Source of the DNA: Lepidodermella squamata
Lineage: Eukaryota; Animalia; Gastrotricha
Direction of reading: 5' to 3'
Assembly: GCA_047495785.1 (NCBI GenBank)
Contig: JBLDXI010000011.1
Location: 434,001-498,000 of the forward strand
DNA: 64,000 nt
Positions 12,157-24,198 of the stretch are shown here, piece after piece. Under the pieces are notes generated by a model. The model ran no database searches and was not told the DNA's origin. It saw nothing but the letters and a program-made list of their open reading frames with translations. How positions within the stretch are numbered: the first letter of the stretch is position 1; every line of letters starts with the position of its first letter. Position numbers and translations under genes: made by a program.

Positions 12157-13767
12157 GTGGCGCACGCGCGCTTGACTTGCAACATAAATATTTTAAACGC
12201 AACCGTATTCAACCAAAGTGCAGCAGGAATTAACCAACCAGAAACACGATTTTTACAATATTGTAACAGGCATTTGAACCGCTTAAAAAACATTTTGGCT
12301 GGCAATATTTGCTGCCGCCATGGTTTTCATTAACGATTTTCAGACTTTTCATCAAAAAATTGCCGTCAGCTAAAAGCTCGCTGCGCTCGCATCTATGTAG
12401 TTTGGGCTTAATTTTGGTCAATGAAAAATATCCCCTCTCCCCTCCAACTATTAAGAGAAGTGTTTTGGTGCTTGGCACGCGACCGCTAAATTAAAAAATC
12501 CCCCAAAAAATCTTTAACCTTCGAAACTGCAACAAGTCATTTTACGGGACAGCCGGGGCGATGATGACAGCAGTGGTGCTGATGTAGTGGTTATTTATAT
12601 TGATGTCGAAATAAAGGTGGCCGTCGACGACACTGCCAAAATATATGTATAACACCAAATGTTACGGTTATTCCGGTGAGCTAGACCTTACACGTGGATG
12701 CCGCCTGCAATTATCAGCAATTACCCCTTCTTATTCTCGGTGTGATCGACCGGATCCGGAAATTCCACTCAACAGCTGTAGAGCTACTAAGAGTGGTTTC
12801 GTGTGGGTTTATCCACTTCAACCACTCGATGTCGACATTAAGTCCACCTTAATCCGTCTTTGTTTACACAGGGACGCAACATGCTGGGCGCACGGTCATT
12901 ACCTGTGATCGCAGCGGCGTGTCTTTGAAGTCTTGTAAGGCGGCCAAATTGCTCAATAATTAGATGAAGCGTGCCCGGTGCCCATCATTTCTGCCCGTTA
13001 CCGAATTTATGACTGGCATACTTTGGACGAGGTAGAATAAGGGTAGAATGGGCTCGTTTCAAATTTCCGGACCGATTACATTGGCCGGAAAATGACCGTC
13101 GTCGAAGTCTGGCAGTCCAAGGCGGCGCCCGCTTTGGCACCAGTGGAGGCGATGCCGTTGGACTTGCCACGAAGCTGCCGAAGCCCACATCGACTTTATC
13201 GACGGCGTCATGGGGGAGGGGTGGGGGTAGCTCTGCCGGTCGTAAACGGTAGCGTCGAGCCTGGCTGTGCTTGTAAGACGGGTTACAAGAAAGGCGGCCG
13301 GGCAGGCATTATCAGTACAACCACGTGACCCGAAAAAATGCAGGGGCAATAATTGCACTTTTTTGTTGAATCACTGTTGAAATATCACTGTTGCCATTCG
13401 CTCGGCTTCGAGATTGATTCGGGCCGCCGTCGGATTCCTACTAATGCAGCTAAGCTAATGACCGTTGTTGAAGGCAAGCGTAAGCGGGGTAGGCAGTCGA
13501 AGGCGGCGAACGCTCTCCAACGAACTCCGGCTCCGATTAAGGTGGCGCCCTTGGTGTTTGCCGAAATTTTTAGAAATTTCGACTGAGTTTGTCTTATTAT
13601 TGTTGAAAATGATATTTCTAGGAAATAAATGGCTGTGCTGCGCTCCGGTTAATTTGTGTTGCACTTGGGTGAAATCATGTTGCGCGCTGTGTAAATAATG
13701 ATGCGCGTGTTACGCTTATTTATTTCCTGCTGCACTTTGGTATATCGTGTTACGCTGTGGTTTTCAG

Positions 13768-14757
13768 CGGATTTTACATGCTCATAAGTGTACAAAACGA
13801 CATGCTATGGCAAAGGCGATTGCAGCAAGTGTTGCTGGTACTGCGACAAACCCGACTTTTCCGAACTGTAGAGTCGCTTTTTGTCAACGAATGAAAGAGG
13901 TGATAAGCCACGTGAGAGGCTGCAGCGATGATAAATCTTGTCTGTGTAAGTTTGAATTTTAAATTTATTTTCGAATGCTCAATGTTGAATCGATTGTAGA
14001 CAAAAGCTGCCTGTCTACGCGACAAATAATCAAGCATTGGCAGTCGTGCAATGACGAGGAGTGCCCCGTGTGTAAGGAAGTTAGGATGCTGAGTCTCTTG
14101 TCGAAGCCAGTTTTCGACTCGAAAGTGTTGCGAAAAACAACGAGTGATGCTATCCCTGTGCATCATTCCGTTATTCCCATTCAAGCTAATATTGCATCAA
14201 CCTGGCAGAAAGAATTCGGCACTGCAGCTAGACAGGCTGCGATCGATAAATTTATCGAAGAATTAAGGTTGAGCAGCGGTGGCTACAGCGACCTGGAGGC
14301 TTTGCGCAAGTTTGCCGTGCAAACCGAAGCTGAAATTTACACCCGGGCTGATACATCTGAGCGGTACTTCTTTTTACTGGCTGAGAAGCTGTACACTGCT
14401 TCGAAGGAACTTTTGCATACTGGAGGAAATAGTAAGTGTTGATGACATTCTCTTAACACCTTTTCAAGTTTTGTTTTTCATCAGTGGACAAAGACAATGC
14501 AAATGATGAGAAGCATCAATGCCCGATTTGTTACTTGGACATCGTAAAACTCGGTTGCAGTTCGAGACGATTGATTTGTGGGCATGGTAAAATTAAAGTC
14601 GATGATAGAATTACCTCTTCCTTATATTGATGGTTTTCTAGTTTACCATATGGCCTGCATCAACCGCTGGCTCAGAGAGAGTGACAGTTGCCCAACCTGC
14701 AGAGCTATTGTACAGTCGCGTTCAACAAGTACACAGCAGATAGCTACAAATGCTTGA
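13768..14757 (+). CDS. CBP/p300-type TAZ1 zinc finger + KIX domain + RING-H2 finger; exons 13768-13945, 14000-14431, 14485-14586, 14642-14757
   Basis: TAZ1: ILHAHKC..C..FCQRMKEVISHVRGC..KSC..C.STRQIIKHWQSC..CPVC. KIX: WQKE..FAVQTEAEIYTRA..YFFLLAEKLY..KEL. RING-H2: CPIC..LICGHVYHMACINRWL..SCPTCR. All three introns are GT-AG phase 1 and keep frame. Confidence 0.85.
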
Positions 14758-15687
14758 TATTCGAGCTACTACCATTTAAAAATCATCATTGTGATTGAAT
14801 TATTATTCAAGAGCTGATTGTAAACTTATTTGCCGCGAAAATAAATATTATCCAAGTCCGTAGCGAAATAATCGGTAGTAACTATGAGCGTCGTGCTCAC
14901 GCGTGGATACCACCTTATAGTAATATCAGTCCGCTCACTGCGAGCTAATTTATAACGATACCATTGTTATCCGTCGCAAGATTCGATACGCATGACTGCC
15001 TGCGTGGTTTATTAATGACACTGCTTGGGGCCAAGCCCGATTTAGGGCCGGGCCGCGTGCTGTCGGGTAACGGCACTTTGCTACTCCTTTGCCATTCAAC
15101 GAATTTTACTACCAAATCTCGCTTGACTGCACGAGGTATCGGCCCGAACACGGCGGAGAGAAATGGGAACCAGAGCTATTGTTGATCGCTCACGCAGTGC
15201 CAGTGTACGAAGTAAAACCTTTGAGGTGGGGTTACCTCGGTCATTCAGCGTATTGTCTAAAACATATCGCTGAAGTACGGAAAAATGCAGAAACATCGTT
15301 GTCGTTGTCGCTCTGTCCATCCCATTCAACCGGGAAGGTCCTCATCGCGATCATAAGAATCATCACGCAGGCAAGGCCCCGATCAAAGCTGTGCGCCTAT
15401 TTTTTTGAGGAAATTAAAATCAAAGCCAACGTCGATAAATTCTGCCAATCACGGCGTTTGGCGCGGCTGTTTCAGATCCAGATTGAGACGGCAATGTTTC
15501 ACACCTACGAATCGATTATAGCTGCTCATAAGCTGTATATCATAGAAATATTTCATCGGATATTAAAATGTGTGCGACTAAAGCATCTTGCACTGTTTAT
15601 TCTTTATTCCAGCTAGGAAATATAGAGCACTGAGCATGATAACAGAAGCACCGAACTTTAGATTCTAAGGATTTTAGAATTAAATTC

Positions 15688-17054
15688 ATGATGTTCCTGT
15701 TCTTATACATGATTTTCGCGCTTTCAAATAGCGCCAATGGGGATCTGAGCTTTCAAGAATTAACTTCTATTGACGAAATATTCCGAAGTTCATGCCCACT
15801 TGCTCTGTACAAACGGCTGCCAAATCACTTCATCAGCAGCCACGGACCCATGAACGTAGAGCAAATCAGCATTCATATTGCAGCGCCTGTCGATATTCAC
15901 GACACCGAGAGCCAGCTATCAATTATGGCTTCGGTAGACGTAAAGTGGAGATGGCCGTGCGATTTGAACGCGTTTTGTAGCAACCTCGCTGCTGCTAAAA
16001 TTACCGAAACGAAGTGCGATGCGATGGCTAAATTAGGGTTATCAATTGATGCGTCACAGGAGGAAATTGCCGCCAAATATGCAGATGATCCATCATTCAA
16101 GCTTGATCACGAAGTATTAGCAAAATATGAGTTCTCACTCGATGAACCTATCGACGAAATTTGGACACCGATTATCTATCACAAGAATGCTGTCTCTAAT
16201 CCTAATGCCATTATGGAGTAAGTCTTGGAATTTCCTATTTTCTTTCTAGGACCTGTGGGGGAAAAGCTTCAAAAACTGCGGCTCATATTAAATTAAGTTT
16301 TAAGCCTAAAGCATAAGTTTTTTACAGGGCGGTGTCACAGTCGAAAGCTGAAGTCTTCATGTTTTCCGGCTATTCAACGTGGCATACTCGAGGAAAGTTG
16401 GAATCTCACTGCTTTGACAACTCGAAAATATCGCAATTTCCCTTCGATCACTTCGAGTGCGTCATTATCTTGCATGGAGATAATTTTGTTCTTCGTTCTT
16501 CTGACAAGCTTCACGTGCGAATGTACTTTGAGCCCGATGACGAAGTTGCCAACGTTTGGATATTCAAACGCTATTACAATGAGTCGTGCTCTCTTTACGA
16601 TTGCTTTGTAAAGTTGTCCTTCGAACGAAAGCCAAGTTTTATCATTCAGAAAGTCATCCTACCCTGCTACATCCTGGCCCTGCTTCAAATCCTAAGCCTG
16701 CTGATGCCTGCTCGAATGCCAGATCGGCCCGTTTATAGCATCACAGTCCTTCTGGCTTTCTTCGTCATTTTCAGTATGATTTTCGAGGCGATTCCGCAAA
16801 CATCAGAGCCTGTTTACCTGGCAATTTTAATCGAGACAAAGATAGGAATAGCAACGCTTGTTACCCTGTACACCCTGGTTACAATCCGTTTAGCAAAGCG
16901 ACGTTTGTTCAAACAACTGCTTGTGGACAAAAGTTGCATTTCGTTAACAGTCATCGATATCATCGACTGGATAGCAGCTATCATTGTAGTAGCCGTATCA
17001 TGCATTATCGATGGATTCCTTTTATTCAAAATGCTGAAAGGCAACGATTCTTAG
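15688..17054 (+). CDS. Divergent Cys-loop ligand-gated ion channel subunit (paralog 2); exons 15688-16217, 16328-17054
   Basis: Signal peptide, IWTP loop A, Cys-loop CFDNSKISQFPFDHFEC, pre-M1 RKP, four TM helices with M2 DRPVYSITVLL; phase-2 intron keeps frame. Confidence 0.9.
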
Positions 17055-17298
17055 AATGCTATAAAATATTATTAGAACACAGAAAATCGAAATTTAAAAT
17101 AAAGTAACTAAGAACTAAGATTTTCCGAGCATTAGTTGATGTTGCGGGGCTGATTTTTCTCATTATTTTTATCGCAACATGAAATAAATGACGCTGAATT
17201 AACTCTTTTGGATAATCGATAACCATAAAACGATCTTAAAATTTGCAAAACCCTTAAACGTTGGCTAAAATGTTGATCTGCAATATTAAATTGAGTGC

Positions 17299-17529
17299 TT
17301 CTCAAAACGGATATCTCCGTTGTTCACCAAATGTTGCATGCATATAGAACGCGAACTGCTCTTTCACGTGGTATAAGATTTGACTTGGGCAATTGCTGCT
17401 CAGTCTTGATCTCATCAAAATAAATGAAACCAACGGTTGGGTTGCCCACCTCTTATACCACGTGAAAGAGCAGTTCGCGTTCTATATGCATGCAACATTT
17501 GGTGAACAACGGAGATATCCTTTTGAGAA
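17299..17529. repeat. Near-perfect ~80-bp inverted repeat (foldback core of a non-autonomous DNA element)
   Basis: 17299-17378 is the reverse complement of 17451-17529, with a ~72-nt spacer. Confidence 0.85.
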
Positions 17530-18013
17530 ATTCAGCTTTGAATAAACATTGAGATTCTGAAATTTTAGCTTGAGTGTCATTTATTTATCTATGGAATCAC
17601 CCGTATCGTAAAATTGTATCATGCAGCTTCTGGTCGTGGCTTTTTCAAAGAAAACTATGTTGATTCGGATATCTAATCCTTGCCTGATCTCGGTAAATCA
17701 GTTTAGACATGAGATTAGTAAAGCGGGGTACCGAAGAGAAGGAATTACACAATTTTTTACAGTTCAGTTTAGTAAATGTTAGTCCCGCCAGTTCTTCAAC
17801 GTCAAAAAATGCTCTGTATTTTGTTTTTATTCGACCAATAATTCGATATTTCGACCGGATATCACGAACTGCCACGCTAGAGGCGTCGCAGAGCGCAGAA
17901 ATAATGGAAAAGTGCATGGCGAATGCGGATATTCAGGAACAACCCTGCAAATATTGTGAAACTCTCTATTTTATTTCGAAAAACGTTCACAGAAATTAGA
18001 GGCGCTTCAAACA

Positions 18014-19711
18014 ATGGAATTTCCACTGCTGGTTTACGTACTGGTTTCTTCACTGGCGTCTCTAATCCACGCAAATATGCGTTTCGATGAAGTTGATACG
18101 ATTCATCGAATATTCCGGCATTCCTGTCCATTCGCTCTGTACAAATGGCTGCCTAATTATCTTACAAAGAGCAGTGAAGATTCGAGTAAGCGAATTGACA
18201 TCAACGTCCAGATAGACGTGCGAGCGCCCGTTGATATCCAAGACACTAACCGAAGACTGTCACTTTTCAGTAATGTATACGTCTCATGGCAATGGCCGTG
18301 CGATTTTGAAGTGTTCCATCAGAATCTCGCAGCTGCGAACGTCACTGGCGGCGATTTGCAAGATTTCTTCATGGATACGTCCCTTGACGAAGTGTGGGGA
18401 CCAACCATCATGCACCATAATGCAGTTGCTAATTCTGCGGCTATAATGGAGTGAGTTGAAACCAGTTTTTCGATTTTGCGAACGCGACGAATTGTTAAAA
18501 CAGCCAAGGGTGGACTCGATTCTCAGACATATCCTGGGATTCTCAAGCGGGGTAAATTCCATGAGCGAACAATTTTTCGGACAGTATACGAAGTACAGGG
18601 GGAGTAAGGGTGCCGTACATAAGAGCTCGAGAGGTCCTGGCAAAAAAACTCGGAAACAAATCAAAGGGGACCCTTTTGGTCCAAAATACCTTCCACCCTA
18701 GGGATCAAGATTATGGTTCTAGGTATGAAAAACATTTGGTGGGGAAACTTGAAACCAACCGAATTTTATTCCGGCCCTGAATGTAAAAGTGATATCTTTT
18801 GTAGGACCTTGACGAAAAAAACGAAAACAGTTTCATTTTGTCTCAAAACTTAAACCTGAGGACTTCTTAGCTTTCCTTAGCAAACTTGTAATCGAAACTT
18901 GTCGCATTTGTCGATTGTTGTTGTATTATCAGTCAATAAAACGTCCCTTTTTGCCATGATTTGTGCATGAATCACTAATTACACACTGTAAATTTTCAGG
19001 TCTATAATGCGTTCGAACGTTCGAGTCAACATGTTTACCGGCGACTCTTGGTGGTCTAGTTCAGGCTTGTTGGAATCTCAATGCCCAGAAAACTCGAATA
19101 TCGCGCAATTTCCATTCGATAGCTTTGAATGTGACATTATTTACGCGATATTTTACGATGTCAGATTCTCATCTGCTCATGTGGTAACCGATTTCAAGCG
19201 AGGTGTCGGCGACGTTTGGACGTTGCAAGACTTCAATTATACTTACAGCGACGATATGTGCACTGTTCAGCTGTGCTTTCAGCGCAAGCCGGGTTTCATA
19301 ATCCAGCAAATCATCGTGCCCTGCTACATATTGGCTATTCTTCAGATTCTCGCCCTCATCATGCCAGCTAAAATGGCAGACCGGCCTGTTTACAGCATTA
19401 CAGTCCTTCTGTCGTATTTCGTCATTCTCAGCATGATCTTCGAGGCGATTCCACAGTCTTCAGAGCCCATTTACCTGGTTATTTTGATCGAAGTGAAAAT
19501 CACAATTGGAGCAGTAATTACATTGTACACCCTCATAACACTACGCTTGGCGAAGCGCGGCCTATCGAAGAAAAAAGTGACGAAGATTTTCTCCAATTCT
19601 ATCGCTGTCATCGATTTAATGGACATGGTTGCAGCGATCATTGTCGTTGCTTTATCAGCCATAATTGACGGAGTACTATTCAGAAAAATGCTTCAGGGAG
19701 ATAATCAGTGA
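18014..19711 (+). CDS. Divergent Cys-loop ligand-gated ion channel subunit (paralog 3); exons 18014-18450, 19000-19711
   Basis: Signal peptide, VWGP, Cys-loop CPENSNIAQFPFDSFEC, RKP, M1-M4; same intron position and phase as paralog 2. Confidence 0.9.
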
Positions 19712-20775
19712 ATGAACGGGGTTGAATTTTAATTAATTATTTTTTATTTATTTATTGTGTTCGCAATTGCATGTGCCGTTTAAATTTATGTCGAATCTCT
19801 TAATCAATTTGTTTCCAGCTTAGTTATATTTCTAAAAATCGTCGTCAAAATGTCAAAAACATTGATAGTAAAATTAAAGCTCACAGATAAACTAGTGCAG
19901 AATTTTTCAGTATAAAATGAAAATGTAAATCAGGCGTTTACCGAACGATTGTGTTTCAAGGCCGACACGGCAGATTTTATGGACATTTTCCGATGAGAAC
20001 TGTATGTTCTAGATTCTGAAGGCATCATTGACCGGACGATAGACACTCGCTTCTTCAAAATTGGCTGAGAAAGATGCTCTAAAAAGGTTGCCCATAACGA
20101 ACGACATACGATACTTCGTTCAAATATTATGCGTTAAATGTTCTCAACCGAAGCGAATTTGCGATATGATGAACGCGCCGCAATTTATCATGTATTGAAA
20201 CAATGCTGGAAAACACAGGATGGGGTCAAAGGGGTCGAACAATTGCGATTTTGAGCGCGGCGTTCTATATGGATGAAACTTAAATGCTTAAGACTGAACC
20301 CTTCTACTGTGTCCCTGTCATCCTATGATTTCATTCTTTGCAGTGTTCCAAGTACGGGGAAAGGGGGAGAATGACCCCCTGGCGGATAAAACTATTCCAA
20401 TTTCACGAATAACGTGAAGCGTAAAGGCCTCCACTTGTAATTAGCAAATTTTCGCCTCAAATAGTCCATTTACATCTGCGATCTGGACCGAATCGCACCA
20501 CTGCTTTAGGGAAGGGTTTCTTGAAAGAATGAGAAAATGAGAGAAATAAACTGAAACAAGCAAAATAGGGTAATCACCAGTATTATTTGCTCTGCTGTTT
20601 TAAACAGCTATCAACGAAGATTAAAGGAAAAGATGTGTCACTATTTTGACTATTTTGATAAAAAACCTCTCAGAGTACGTCTAATCACTCTTAAGAGCGC
20701 GCGGGTATTTTAGTGACAAAATGTCGTTTAAGTGAAAAAGGTTCCAGCAGATAGCTTCGAGTAAAACTTCGAAGT

Positions 20776-22017
20776 TCAACGAGATAGCCCTCGTAACCTC
20801 AGCAGAATGGCTGCTGCATTTTTACCATTGAAAATTGCTCGATCAAGTGCTGTTTGATCATTCACGTCCTTCATATCTGAATTCGCACCTTTGTCAAGCA
20901 ACAGCTTAATACAGTTCACGTGCCCATAGCTGGCGGCCCACATCAAAGCCGTCGTACCAAAGTTATCCTTATCATCGATTGCACCGCCGCGGTTGAGTAG
21001 TAGCCGCACTGCATTCACGCTCCCATTCGCGGCCGCAATCATCAACGCCGTCGTGCCGTTGACATCTTTCGCCTCGATGGAAGCGTTTCGGTCGAGCAGC
21101 AGTCGCATTGCATCGACGAACCCACCCGAGGCCGCGAACATAAGCGCTGTCGAGCCATCGCTATCCTTCGCCTCGATTGCAGCGCCGCGGTCCAGTAGCA
21201 GTCGAACTACATCAGTCTTCCCTATCGCAGCTGCCAACATCGAAGCAATCGAGCCGTCCTTATCTTTCGCCTCTATTGAAGCGTTTCGGCCAAGCAGGGG
21301 CAGAACTACCTCGACACTCGCATTCTTAACCGCAAACATCAACGGCGTGGTTCCTTTGAAATCCTTTGCCTCGATAGCAGCATTACGCTCGAGCAGTAGT
21401 TGAATTGCCCCAGCCTGTCCGTAATTAGCCGCCCACATCAACCCAGTCCTGCCATAGTTATCTCTAGCCTCGATAACCGCATTTCGGTCGAGCAGCAGGC
21501 GAAGTGTTCCGACCTGCCCGTACCTGGCTGCCCACATAAGCGCAGTGCTGCCGAAGTTATCCTTAGCCTCAATTGCAGCATTCCGATCAAGGAGCAGCTG
21601 AGCAGCTCCGACCTGCCCATACCTAGCCGCCCACATCAATCCTGTGCCGCCGTAGCTATCTCTGGCGTCAATCGAAGCGTTTCGATCGAGCAGCAGTCGT
21701 ATTGCATCGACATTCCCATTTCCAGCAGCTAGAATCAACGCTGTCCTGTTGACCTGATTCTCCCTGGCATTTACATCAGCGCCACGGTCTAACAAAAGCC
21801 TCGCAATTTCCAGCCGCTGGCCCTGTTGCCGTGACGTATCGGCACACAGCATTACGCGGTGAAGCAGCGTGGCGTTTCTGTTTCTCCATTCACATGCGAC
21901 GTAAGCGTTAGGATCGCGCCAGTTGGGGTCGAAATTGCCGCCAGAGGCTTCGTCTATCTCGGCTACGAGCTGCCGCACTTTCACTGCATCTGCAGTCTCA
22001 CCTGTCACATTCCACAT
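20776..22017 (-). CDS. Ankyrin repeat protein (~11 repeats); an upstream exon is possible
   Basis: Tandem 33-aa G.TALM.AA..G..D..RLLLDR.A.IEAKD units; AG directly before the ATG may be a splice acceptor. Confidence 0.9.
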   Translation of the reverse strand: MWNVTGETADAVKVRQLVAEIDEASGGNFDPNWRDPNAYVACEWRNRNATLLHRVMLCADTSRQQGQRLEIARLLLDRGADVNARENQVNRTALILAAGNGNVDAIRLLLDRNASIDARDSYGGTGLMWAARYGQVGAAQLLLDRNAAIEAKDNFGSTALMWAARYGQVGTLRLLLDRNAVIEARDNYGRTGLMWAANYGQAGAIQLLLERNAAIEAKDFKGTTPLMFAVKNASVEVVLPLLGRNASIEAKDKDGSIASMLAAAIGKTDVVRLLLDRGAAIEAKDSDGSTALMFAASGGFVDAMRLLLDRNASIEAKDVNGTTALMIAAANGSVNAVRLLLNRGGAIDDKDNFGTTALMWAASYGHVNCIKLLLDKGANSDMKDVNDQTALDRAIFNGKNAAAILLRLRGLSR

Positions 22018-22143
22018 CTGCGCGTAAAAGCCACGGATCTGGAATGAAAATTTGATGATCAGATGAGAATCGATGTGAAATAATCATGTATGTGTTGTAC
22101 GCATATAGGGGATTGAAGCCTTTGGGGTATGCGCAATATAATT

Positions 22144-23211
22144 CAGGGTTGCACTTTATACATATGGACCCGACTTTCTACATGTTTAAACGTTTAAATG
22201 TTTAAACATGTTTAAACAGATGTTTAAACAGCTCTGGGCTACGGGATCCATTTTATTCGGAAATATTAAGAAATGCAGATCTATATCAAACTATTAGTTT
22301 CAATAACAGATATTAAGCGATACCGTTTGTATTTTTGTCAGCATTTAGTAGATCATTCCGATATCTTGATATGTGTATTTGACGTGTAACCCGTAATCAC
22401 TGAAAAATCCAAGTGTACCCAGCAGTCTGAGATTATTCGGTTAATTAGGCGTGGATTAGCGCGCGCATCTTCCGTTACAAAGCATTAAATTTGAGCATTA
22501 GTGCGCGCACCTTTCGCAATGACGTTACGCAATGACGAGAGCTTGAGCGCACGCGTTAATGCCACGCCTAGTTCCTAAAACGGCTGTTAATACGCGCGCA
22601 CAGTCGCTATCGCTTGCGTAACAGGCTTTTGAAAGGTGCGCGCACTAATGCCCAAATTTAATGCTTTGTAATGGAAGATGCGCGCGCTAATGCTTCATTC
22701 CTTCTAACGACATGCACACAAAAATAGGGCTATTTTCAATAGGCTGTTTCAAAATTGAAAATTTCTGGTACGTGAGTCCACACCAGCCTAATTTTTGAAT
22801 CTAAAACTACAGTAATCCACGATTGCAAGGTATTTTCCGCAAAGTTAATTGTGCACTACACTTTTCATTCTTAGCGAAAACATGTTAAATTTCAGAGCAA
22901 CGCTCACGAGGCCGAGAATTAGTTGTATGGCGCTCTTATGAATAATTAAACTTTTTCGGTTTTCGTGAATGATAAAAATTTCAGAGATGCAACAACAGCA
23001 CATCATCAAATACGATTAATTGCAGCGAGTATTCCAGATTTGCTATAAAAGATTCAAGATCATGGCGGAAGCCTGCTGGTTTTTTTTTAGTAATTTGGGG
23101 CATTTTATATTAGGACTTTATACATATGTGTAAACCCTCGGACTTTATACTGTTTAAACATGTGTTTAAACAGCCTGTTTTAACACAGGTGTTTATACAA
23201 GTGCAACCATG
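22144..23211. mobile_element. Non-autonomous hAT-type element with a probable nested element
   Basis: TIR CAGGGTTGCACTT / AAGTGCAACCATG; perfect 8-bp TSD ATATAATT (22136-22143, 23212-23219); subterminal TGTTTAAAC repeats at both ends. Confidence 0.85.
22418..23079. mobile_element. Probable nested non-autonomous element with CCCAGCAG-type ends and internal ~60-bp inverted repeat
   Basis: CCCAGCAG at 22418 / CTGCTGG at ~23073-23079; inverted arms ~22457-22515 / ~22631-22690; no clear TSD. Confidence 0.5.
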
Positions 23212-23229
23212 ATATAATTCACCAAAAAT

Positions 23230-23512
23230 AATGGCCGAACCGAGAGGGTCACTATGGATCATCTTCATCATATGTCAATCGATTGCTATAATCAAGGGCT
23301 ATCGATTGATGCCCGATCGAATTCTTTTGGCAATAGGTAAGATTTTTGCCTTCGAAGTTGAACAAAATGCGCAGTATTCGCGTTTTTTGGCCGAAACGTG
23401 ACCCTGAATGTGCCGTGTGGACTTCGATCGGACAATAATCGATAGCCCTTGATTACAGCAATCGATTGATATGTTCTGATCCATAGTGACCCTCACGGTT
23501 TGGCCACTATGG
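23230..23512. repeat. Imperfect foldback (inverted arms ~70 bp)
   Basis: 23230-23307 is an imperfect reverse complement of ~23436-23512 (GATCCATAGTGACCCTC; ATCGATAGCCCTTGATTA). Confidence 0.7.
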
Positions 23513-24198
23513 CAATCGAAAATATGTATGGTAACCCTATTCTCTATATGGGCAAGACTAACCTTTAATTGTAGTGGACTTGCAGAAGTTGGGTTGGCTG
23601 TAGCAGAGATATTCGATATAAACCATATAACCGATGCGTTGGGACTATCGACTCCGTTTTCCATGTCTTGAGCTATAGAAAGCCTTAACAAAACTGCAGT
23701 GACAAGAAGACGCATTTGTGAATGTAACACTTGAACAACTATTTTGTAAACAATTGTCGTATTGTTATACTGCATTTAAACGTGCAACCACCAATGCCTT
23801 CACGCCAACACCTTGTTGAAACAATGTTATACGCACCATTACTGTTACTTGGGCAGATGTGGCATTGTACGTGCCGTGATGTTGATGTACAGATGTACGT
23901 GCGGGGGTGAAAATAAGCGCATCATTACGTCGTCCCCATGATTTTTATTAATTTCTACCTTCTGCGTGTCTTTCAATAGAAATAAACTTTAATGCTAATG
24001 TTGAGGCTGTCGATAAATCTTGCAACTCTGGCATCTCGTAAGCATGCCTTGCGTTACATTTATTTCAAACCTCGCACGTCGTGGGCGCTATAGAGATATG
24101 CCATCAAATCGAAATGCACGCTTTATTTGTGCGGATATTCAAATTGTCGTGGCGACAGCCGTTGAACATGCTTCCATCCTCGGAATCCGTTTCGTAAA

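Noticed and set aside
12540-13700. Separate gene or identifiable transposon between kinase and TAZ exons
   Set aside because: GC-richer with a duplicated AATGACCGT..GGCAGTC.AAGGCGGCG motif, but no domain, TIR or TSD found; left unassigned.
23299-23775. 158-aa ORF with signal-peptide-like stretch, or LINE ORF1
   Set aside because: Opposite strand to the LINE, overlaps a foldback repeat, no known motifs.
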